Source of the DNA: a virus
Lineage: Duplodnaviria > Caudoviricetes
IMG/VR virus record: IMGVR_UViG_3300030382_003949
Location: 1 to 50,748 of that record
Strand: one strand, 5' to 3'
Length of the DNA stretch: 50,748 bases
The position numbers and the translations under genes were made by a program. The notes under the pieces were generated by a model. The model saw only the letters and a program-made list of their open reading frames with translations. It made no database searches and was not told the origin of the DNA. Below, piece by piece: positions 43,856 to 50,748 of this stretch (positions within the stretch are counted from its first letter, which is position 1; each line of letters starts with the position of its first letter).

Positions 43856-44593
43856 GTGAAATCGAAACTGATTGGTAAAAAGACGGAACGACTGTATGAT
43901 GATAAAGATGAGTTTTTAAATAACTCTGATGAGGAACTCTCTGGAGACTGGCGTACGTCAAAAACCGGCGATTGGGTTGTTTCTGACGATGGTCAGGTAT
44001 GCCGAATACTTCATCGCGGAGCCTTTTCAGACGGCAAGGAGTACGTTCGTACCATACTTGGAACCTATCCCGTAAGAAAAAACGTTCTTATGCAGGGTGA
44101 AATTGCAGAGGACGTGTATAGATTCAGCAAATCAAACAAGAATAGAAAATATAGGATTGAAGACAAAAATCCAAATGGCAGGGAAATCGTGTTTGCCAAG
44201 TACGTGGCCAACGGAATGCCTCCGGATCAGGCTTATTTGAGAATATTCAAAACCAATGATTCGGTTTATTCCAAGAATGCGTCGTCGGCCCTGCTTAAAA
44301 CCAAGAGGGTCAAGAAATTGATAAGTGAAGAAACAAAGAAAATGATGGGCAAGGTCGGTATCGATGAAGAATACTTGCTTCACAATACGAAATACGTCAT
44401 AGACGATGAGGATGGCCGGGCTTCGGATAAGTTGAGAGCCATAGAAATGTTGATGAAAGTTTCCGGAATGTTCCCAAACGACAAGAAAACGGAATCGCTT
44501 ACCGTGTTTCAGGGATTCAGCAAAGAACAACTGCAGTCTCTGAATAGTGGAAAAGCGAAGGCTTTGGGACATGCAGAAAAAGATATCACATAG
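43856..44593 (+). CDS. Terminase small subunit-like protein with an N-terminal extra domain (245 aa)
   Basis: REIVFAKYVANGMPPDQAYLRIF...NASSALLK HTH-like segment and SDKLRAIEMLMK helix; upstream of the large terminase. Confidence 0.7.
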   Translation: MKSKLIGKKTERLYDDKDEFLNNSDEELSGDWRTSKTGDWVVSDDGQVCRILHRGAFSDGKEYVRTILGTYPVRKNVLMQGEIAEDVYRFSKSNKNRKYRIEDKNPNGREIVFAKYVANGMPPDQAYLRIFKTNDSVYSKNASSALLKTKRVKKLISEETKKMMGKVGIDEEYLLHNTKYVIDDEDGRASDKLRAIEMLMKVSGMFPNDKKTESLTVFQGFSKEQLQSLNSGKAKALGHAEKDIT

Positions 44594-44813
44594 CGATATA
44601 TCATTATATACCATGCCGATTTACAACAGCAAGTCAAAAATGTGCAAGGTATGCGAACGGGAAATGACCAATCACACCAAAATGATAGTCTTTGGAGAGA
44701 CGTTCGTTCCAGTTGGTTTCAGTTGCAGTCATTGCCGTTCCATATACGTTAACGACGACGTGTTGGTTGAAGTGGGCAGTCCCGACGGAGGAGACGTTCA
44801 TGGCGAATCGTAG
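44571..44813 (+). CDS. Zinc-ribbon protein between the terminase subunits (about 80 aa)
   Basis: CKVC...CSHC; bridges the gap between the two terminase genes. Confidence 0.6.
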   Translation: MQKKISHSDISLYTMPIYNSKSKMCKVCEREMTNHTKMIVFGETFVPVGFSCSHCRSIYVNDDVLVEVGSPDGGDVHGES

Positions 44814-46410
44814 TAAGGAATCCGATGCATTCAATATAATTCCTCCTCCATCCCAATCAAAGATAAACGACGAGGTTCTAAAACAATCGTTTAAGGACTT
44901 GCTTTATTTCGGAAGAGCATTTCTTCCTAAGGATTTTCTAGATAAAAGCTCTTCTCCAAAGTTTCACTATGAAGTTGCCGAAAAGCTGATGTCCACCAAA
45001 CCTGCAGCCAGAATCTGCAACATACTTCCAAGAGGTTTCGGGAAATCGATACTTGCCAAAGCGGCAGTTATGCATAAGATGCTGTTCTCTCCTCAGGGAG
45101 ATAGGCTGTTTACGGCATGGGTTGCCGAAGAACAGGGACAGGCCATCGATCACATCAAGTATCTTAAGTCTCATTTCGAGTATAATGATAAGATAAGATA
45201 TTATTTTGGCAATTTGGCCGGAGATGCCGTAGGAAAAAGATGGACTGAGAAGGATATCGTTTCTGCCAAGGGAGACAGGATCATTGCCAAGGGAACCAGT
45301 CAGCGTCTTAGGGGTAGAACTGAAATCGACGTTAGGTACACCGGCATCATTTTGGACGATTTCGAATCTGAACTGAATACGAAGACTCCAGAAAGGAGAG
45401 ACGAGATCAAGAAATGGATCGTATCTACCGTATTTCCCGCCTTGGAGGAATCTCCCGGTAGGGAAGGATGGATATGGTTGGCCGGGACAATCGTGCATTA
45501 CGACAGTTTTCTGCAAATGGTGGTTGATGGATATAGGGATGCTGAGAAACACGGAAGGGAATATCCTTGGGACGTGACTTTCTACAGGGCCATCGAAAAC
45601 GACAAACCGTTGTGGCCTCAACAATTCCCTCTTAAAAAACTGGAGACGAAGAAAAAAGAATTTATTGAAGCAGGAATGGTCAACAAATATGCTCAAGAGT
45701 ATATGAACGACGCCAGAGACATTTCCGATGCTTCATTCAAGATAGATAGGATATTAAAACACAATCATACTTTTGTGTCCAGAAACAAATTCTGTTATCT
45801 TGAGGATAAGGACGGAGACTTCATTCCCATAAACGTGTATATCGGAGTGGACGTTGCAGCCACTGCCACAAAGAAATCGGATTTTCAGGTAATAGTGGTT
45901 ATTGGGATCGATAAGAACAAGAATCGATATCTGTTGGAATATTTCCATGAACGGATACCTACTTTCGACATGCCGGAAAAGATAGTTGAACTTGCCAAGA
46001 AGTACAGTCCCGTAAAAAGGGTGACTATAGAAACCGTTGCCGCTCAGGAAATGGTCAGGGATATGGTTACGAGAATTGCCGTAAAGGACAGGAGGTTGAT
46101 ACCGGGGATGTTCAAGGGAGTGAGACCTCCCGCCGGAATTAAAAAGGAAGACAGATTGGAAACTTCGCTGGGCCCTATAGTTAATTCCAAGAAATTGTAC
46201 GTAAGACCGGCCATGACTGAAATCATAGATGAGTTCTTCGAACACCCTTTTGCAAAACACGACGATCTTATGGATGGATTGTATTATGCCGATTATTTTG
46301 CCAAGCCTCCTCTCAGCGGTAAGGTCAGTAAGACTAAGATGGATAAGGATACCGGAAAGAAAGTATCAGGTAAAAAATACAACTGGTTTACCGGCGCAAG
46401 AATAAATTGA
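44800..46410 (+). CDS. terL: Terminase large subunit (start corrected to ATG 44800, 536 aa)
   Basis: SD GGAGGAG; Walker A PRGFGKS, Walker B IILDDFE, coupling motif GT, nuclease IGVDVA...SDF and HDDLMDG. Confidence 0.93.
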   Translation: MANRSKESDAFNIIPPPSQSKINDEVLKQSFKDLLYFGRAFLPKDFLDKSSSPKFHYEVAEKLMSTKPAARICNILPRGFGKSILAKAAVMHKMLFSPQGDRLFTAWVAEEQGQAIDHIKYLKSHFEYNDKIRYYFGNLAGDAVGKRWTEKDIVSAKGDRIIAKGTSQRLRGRTEIDVRYTGIILDDFESELNTKTPERRDEIKKWIVSTVFPALEESPGREGWIWLAGTIVHYDSFLQMVVDGYRDAEKHGREYPWDVTFYRAIENDKPLWPQQFPLKKLETKKKEFIEAGMVNKYAQEYMNDARDISDASFKIDRILKHNHTFVSRNKFCYLEDKDGDFIPINVYIGVDVAATATKKSDFQVIVVIGIDKNKNRYLLEYFHERIPTFDMPEKIVELAKKYSPVKRVTIETVAAQEMVRDMVTRIAVKDRRLIPGMFKGVRPPAGIKKEDRLETSLGPIVNSKKLYVRPAMTEIIDEFFEHPFAKHDDLMDGLYYADYFAKPPLSGKVSKTKMDKDTGKKVSGKKYNWFTGARIN

Positions 46411-46428
46411 AAAAAGATATTTTTTTTA

Positions 46429-46458
46429 TTGACATTGTAAAAAAATAGTGCTTAACTT
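46429..46458 (+). promoter_or_regulatory. Sigma70-type promoter for the portal/head operon
   Basis: Perfect TTGACA, an 18-nt spacer containing TG, then TAACTT; A/T tracts upstream. Confidence 0.6.
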
Positions 46459-46469
46459 CTAAAGTATCA

Positions 46470-48500
46470 ATGCAAATACAGGAAGACCCAAGAGCTAAGA
46501 CCAATAGGGAGCTTTATAGGCGTTATAGGGACGCTCGCTCCGATTGGGATACCGAGGCCCGTAACGACATAGACTTTTTTTACGGCAATCATTTCAGTAG
46601 TAATGAAGTTGATGAGCTGGAAAGTCGCAATCAGGCTGCGGTTCCTATGGACAGATGTGGCCCCGCCGTAGAGAAGTTGAAGGCAATGTTGACTTCTTCC
46701 GCTCCGGCGTTTACGGTAATACCCAGAGAAGATTCCGACGTTAAGATGGCCAAGATGTGGCGTGTCATAATAAGCTACGTTTGGGAAATATCCGATGGCA
46801 ATTCACAGTTGAAGGAGGCCATTCACGATCATAGTACTTCCGGATTGGGTTATTTGTATGCTTATATCGATGCCGATTCGGATTTTGGAAAAGGAGAAGT
46901 TAAGTTTACGAGCGTCAATCCGTTTAGGGTATACGTTCCGTCTTCCAGTAGGGACAGGTATTTCAATGATGCCTCAAATATAGTATTATCGACTATACTT
47001 ACCAAAGATCAAATTTTAAGTATATATCCTGAACTTGGGCCTCAGGTAGACGAAGAAACTGGTGAAGTAACTGAAATTTTAAAAAATATTTCAGGTTATA
47101 GTGATGACGAGGATTATCCTTCATCTCAAAACAGCAATCAGCAAAAGACTTGGACTCCTGCCGAGGCCAAGGATTTGGAGACTACTCATCAGGAAAAATA
47201 TCAGGTACTGGAAAGATTTTATAAGACTAAAATTCCTTTTTATCAGATTGTCGATGCCCAGAGTCAGGAAGAGATGATATTGAATGAAGAGGAATTTCAT
47301 AAGTTTCTTGAAGAAAATCCCGAAGTTTTCGAAAAGGGATTGATACAGTTCCAAGAAATTTTGCAGACCCGTGTTGCGGTAGTGGCATCCGTTGGAGAAA
47401 TCGTTTTGTATGAAGCGGTTCTCAATACTGATATATACCCAATAGTACCATTGCCCAATATTTACAGTGGTACTCCCTATCCGAGGTCGGACATATCTAG
47501 GGCGAGACCCATGCAGAGACTGTTAAACAAATTGTGGTCTCTGGCATTGTCTCATGCTCAGGCTTCTGCGGGTCTGAAATTAATTGTTCCAATAGGCAGT
47601 GTCGACGATTTGAGTCAACTCGAGCAGGATTGGTCAAATCCAAATGCCGTCATAGAAGTCGATAGTTCTCAGGGAGAGCCTCATTTTCCGGCTCCGACTC
47701 CATTGGCCGGTGAATTCTACAAGTTGATTCAATCATGCGAGTTCTACATAGATTTTACGTTTGGGCTTCCGGAGTTGATGCACGGATTTGCCGAAAAGGC
47801 TCCTGATACGGTAAGGGGAACCGAAAGGATGTTGGCTCAGGGGGCTGAACGTCCCAAATCAAAATTGAGAGATATAGAATTAAGTCTTAGAAAACTTGGT
47901 CAGGTCGTTTATGGTCTTTCCAAGGGACATTATACGTTTAAAAAGATTTTTAGGCTGGTGCAGGCCAACAATAACGTCAATGAAGTTATGGCAAACTACT
48001 ACGACGACTACAGTGAGACCGTCATGGATATTCAAAAGGATAGACATCTCATTGGACAGCATGATGTCAGCATAGAGCCGGGTTCCACGTTGCCGACCAG
48101 TAAGTGGACTGAGTATCAAGTTTATGCGGAGGCATACCAAATGGGATTGATAGATAGGGTTGAAGTGATAAAGAAGAATCCGGAAATTTTTGACAAGGAA
48201 GGTCTTATCCAGAGAATGGGTGAGATTCAGCAGCTGCAGGGACAAGTCCAGCAGCTCACCGAACAAAACAAAGAATTGCAGGGAGACTTGCAGACGGCGC
48301 AAAGAGAGTCTGTATCCGACAGGAAACGGGTTGAAGTTGAGAAATTTAAATCCAAGCTTACCGGGGTACAGTCTGACGCTAAGGCCGACAGGCGAATACA
48401 ATCAAACAAACTCAATAATGCAGTGCAGCTTGAAATGGAAAAATTGAGGCCCCAAATTGAAGAATTTGGAGAAGGGCTCGGTTCCATTCCTGAAATTTAA
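46470..48500 (+). CDS. Portal protein, P22-like (676 aa)
   Basis: After terL; DIDFFYGNHF, YPIVP and QRLLNKLWS segments and a C-terminal Gln-rich coiled coil (barrel) like P22-type portals. Confidence 0.85.
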   Translation: MQIQEDPRAKTNRELYRRYRDARSDWDTEARNDIDFFYGNHFSSNEVDELESRNQAAVPMDRCGPAVEKLKAMLTSSAPAFTVIPREDSDVKMAKMWRVIISYVWEISDGNSQLKEAIHDHSTSGLGYLYAYIDADSDFGKGEVKFTSVNPFRVYVPSSSRDRYFNDASNIVLSTILTKDQILSIYPELGPQVDEETGEVTEILKNISGYSDDEDYPSSQNSNQQKTWTPAEAKDLETTHQEKYQVLERFYKTKIPFYQIVDAQSQEEMILNEEEFHKFLEENPEVFEKGLIQFQEILQTRVAVVASVGEIVLYEAVLNTDIYPIVPLPNIYSGTPYPRSDISRARPMQRLLNKLWSLALSHAQASAGLKLIVPIGSVDDLSQLEQDWSNPNAVIEVDSSQGEPHFPAPTPLAGEFYKLIQSCEFYIDFTFGLPELMHGFAEKAPDTVRGTERMLAQGAERPKSKLRDIELSLRKLGQVVYGLSKGHYTFKKIFRLVQANNNVNEVMANYYDDYSETVMDIQKDRHLIGQHDVSIEPGSTLPTSKWTEYQVYAEAYQMGLIDRVEVIKKNPEIFDKEGLIQRMGEIQQLQGQVQQLTEQNKELQGDLQTAQRESVSDRKRVEVEKFKSKLTGVQSDAKADRRIQSNKLNNAVQLEMEKLRPQIEEFGEGLGSIPEI

Positions 48501-48521
48501 GGACATTGCAGGGAGAAAATC

Positions 48522-49253
48522 ATGAGTGAAGTCAATGTAGAAGGTCAGGTATTGGAAGATACTGGTTTTAATGAAGAGCAGGTATACGGAGATGTGCCTG
48601 TAGCTGATAGGGGAGTAAACAGAAGTGAAACCCATCACGTGGATTGGGAAAATGAAACTAAGAAGTTTCAGTCTATGTATGATAAACAGAAATCTGAAAA
48701 CAACAAGATGAAACAAGACATGAACTATTTGGTGGGTGAAGTCACTAAAAATCAGAGACAAGCCAGTGTCAATAATCAACCTTCATTACCCGAGGATGAA
48801 TTTAATCCTTGGGATGCGTATTATAAACCGGATTCACCGAGCTTTAAGTTCCGGCAACAGCAGGAAAGTAAAGTGGTGAATCAGGCAATTGGTGCACAGA
48901 ATGCAAAAATGCAGGAAGACATGATGATAAATAATACGGTAAATGATCTGAAGAGCGTTTATAAGATGCCGGAATCGGATATTCGTGAATTTATGGAATG
49001 GTCAACCGATCCAAGCAGCAGTTTGAACTTGGATACTTTGGTGAACGTTTTTAATTCAAGGAATAAATCGGGTTCCATGCCATCCAATGAACCTGTTCCA
49101 GATTCATTTAATGCGGTAAAAGCCGCACGAGAGGCTCCCCGTACTGCAGGAGTCCTACAAGGCCAAGAGGCCGATCAACCAAAGTCTGAAAAAGACCAGA
49201 TGTGGGACGCCATCATGAGTGCGGGAAGCAGGAGTAATGTTTTACACAAATAA
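48522..49253 (+). CDS. Putative scaffolding protein (243 aa)
   Basis: Acidic and helical, between portal and capsid genes. Confidence 0.7.
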   Translation: MSEVNVEGQVLEDTGFNEEQVYGDVPVADRGVNRSETHHVDWENETKKFQSMYDKQKSENNKMKQDMNYLVGEVTKNQRQASVNNQPSLPEDEFNPWDAYYKPDSPSFKFRQQQESKVVNQAIGAQNAKMQEDMMINNTVNDLKSVYKMPESDIREFMEWSTDPSSSLNLDTLVNVFNSRNKSGSMPSNEPVPDSFNAVKAAREAPRTAGVLQGQEADQPKSEKDQMWDAIMSAGSRSNVLHK

Positions 49254-49270
49254 ACTAAGGAGTACTGAAT

Positions 49271-50623
49271 ATGGCAACATATAGTGCTGGCAGTTTATCG
49301 GCTGGTGGATCAAGAACTCCGGGTACCTCTGCAACTGATTTTCACACAAGACGATTATTCGACTTCAGTGATAGAGTTTCAGAATTATCCCCGGAAGAGT
49401 CTCCATTTTTCGTATATCTGTCGAGAGTGGCAAAAGTTCCCACTTCAGATTCTCAGTTTCGATTTTTAGAAGATAGAACTAAAGTATCAATTACCGATAG
49501 GGCTTTCTTGGCTCAGGCAGCCGTTACGGTTGCTGCAGCCGGTAGTTCAACGTCGATAACGTTTGATACGACAGGAGGGGCTAACGTCGCATGGCTTATC
49601 CCCGGTATGGTAGTTTCTATTGGAGAAGACGACGATTCAACGTCTCAGCCTGAATGGTGTACTGTTCGGTTGGATAGTGTTGTTCAGACGTCTTCTACCG
49701 TAACGACAGTATCAGCAACTACTATTGCTGCAGCCAATGCTTCTACAACGGCTGTAGACGACAATACGAAGTGCACTGTTATCGGAACTGCATTTGAAGA
49801 AGGTTCTGGAGCTCCAGACGTTTGGTCTCAAAAGCTTGATCACGATTATGGATATTGTCAGATATTCAAAACGGCTGCTGAAATGTCGAATACGGCTAGG
49901 GCAACTGTTTATCGTGGATATGCCGATGAGTGGCAACGTATCTGGAACTTAAAACTTAGGGAACATAAGATCGATATTGAGCGGGCTATGCTTTTTGGTA
50001 TGCGCGGCAGTCAGAACAGTATTAACTATACTGACGGTATTGCAGGGCATATTATTGCAAATTCACAGTCTCAGGCAGTGTTGGATGGTAGTCAAATGTC
50101 CTATACGGAAGATAAGGCTTACCTAAAATCCAATACGGCAGCTCAATGGACTTATGATGACCTTCTTTCTGATTTCGAAGTTATATTCGACCCGGCAAGG
50201 GGTGGAAGTTCGGCAAAACTGGCCTTGGCCAGTCTTCCGGTCATTTCACACTTTAACAAACTGGGTGGTTTTGTTGATGCTTCCATGGCTGCAGCAAGTG
50301 ATGGAACGTCATTGTATAACTTTGAAAGAAGTAAGGGTTCATTCGGACATCGTATAACTCGGATAGAAACCGTTCATGGTGAAGTTTCGCTTGTCAAAGA
50401 ACCTCTTTTCAGGGGTATGGCAGCAGGTTTCCTGTGTATGGTCGATCTAGATCACGTATCCTACCGGCCTTTGGTTGGTAATGGTATTAACCGAGATACT
50501 TCAATCCAAACTAACGTTCAGGCAGCAGATGAAGATTTGCGGAAAGACATGATCCTCACGGAAGCAGGTCTTGAAGTTGGTCTTCCTGAAACTCATGCCT
50601 TGATTAATTTGGAGGGTGTCTAA
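49271..50623 (+). CDS. Major capsid protein (450 aa; SU10/DUF5309-like)
   Basis: Position; QIFKTAAEMSNT...KLREHKIDIERAMLFG spine-helix region; strong SD AAGGAG. Confidence 0.85.
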   Translation: MATYSAGSLSAGGSRTPGTSATDFHTRRLFDFSDRVSELSPEESPFFVYLSRVAKVPTSDSQFRFLEDRTKVSITDRAFLAQAAVTVAAAGSSTSITFDTTGGANVAWLIPGMVVSIGEDDDSTSQPEWCTVRLDSVVQTSSTVTTVSATTIAAANASTTAVDDNTKCTVIGTAFEEGSGAPDVWSQKLDHDYGYCQIFKTAAEMSNTARATVYRGYADEWQRIWNLKLREHKIDIERAMLFGMRGSQNSINYTDGIAGHIIANSQSQAVLDGSQMSYTEDKAYLKSNTAAQWTYDDLLSDFEVIFDPARGGSSAKLALASLPVISHFNKLGGFVDASMAAASDGTSLYNFERSKGSFGHRITRIETVHGEVSLVKEPLFRGMAAGFLCMVDLDHVSYRPLVGNGINRDTSIQTNVQAADEDLRKDMILTEAGLEVGLPETHALINLEGV

Positions 50624-50624
50624 G

Positions 50625-50748
50625 ATGAGAAGTGATTATCTAAATCAAAATAGCGGTCAAACAGCCGGATTTAAAAAGAAAGTTGAAGAAATAAAAGTAG
50701 CTCGTACACTAACTAATGATGATAGTGGAAAAGTATTTACTCTTTCTT
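50625..50748 (+). CDS. 5' part of the junction-spanning 144-aa capsid-associated protein (continues at 1-388)
   Basis: SD GGAGG at 50611-50615, ATG at 50625, open to the window end. Confidence 0.75.
   Translation, partial: MRSDYLNQNSGQTAGFKKKVEEIKVARTLTNDDSGKVFTLS
50672..50748. repeat. Terminal direct repeat (copy 2)
   Basis: Identical to 1-77. Confidence 0.95.

Noticed and set aside
44692-44799. N-terminal extension of the large terminase in the ORF track
   Set aside because: A strong GGAGGAG SD precedes ATG 44800, and the extension overlaps the zinc-ribbon ORF.

Overview
The window appears to be a complete, circularly assembled genome of a tailed dsDNA phage. The first 77 nt recur exactly at 50672-50748, giving a unit length of about 50,671 bp. 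It is probably a short-tailed (podovirus-type) lytic phage: no integrase, tape measure, tail tube/sheath, DNA polymerase, primase, tRNA or CRISPR array was recognised. The rightward arm (about 42.5 kb through the junction to 27.3 kb) carries a metallophosphoesterase, small and large terminase, P22-like portal, scaffold, major capsid, small structural proteins, tail fibre, a lysis cluster with an M15-type endolysin, a nozzle-like tail protein and five large putative ejection/cargo proteins. The leftward arm (42.1 down to 27.3 kb) carries small early genes, a MoxR-like AAA+ ATPase/VWA pair, ParB-like, Cas4-like, Rad52/Sak-like, SSB-like, DnaB helicase, Hjc-like resolvase, PD-(D/E)XK nuclease and N4C/N6A methyltransferase genes. 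The most striking observation is a sharply bounded 1.22-kb segment (40995-42216) with no GpC dinucleotide, against about 27 CpG by hand count. It covers the first three leftward genes, whose proteins contain no alanine, is enriched in oriented GGTGT motifs, and lies next to a G-tract element and a GpC-dense GCTAT array at the arm-divergence point. Other notable items are two homologous hairpin RNAs with anti-Shine-Dalgarno-like loops, a recurring Q-x-G-G motif across the putative ejection proteins, and several small ORFs missing from the ORF track. All product calls come from motif recognition and gene order, not database searches.
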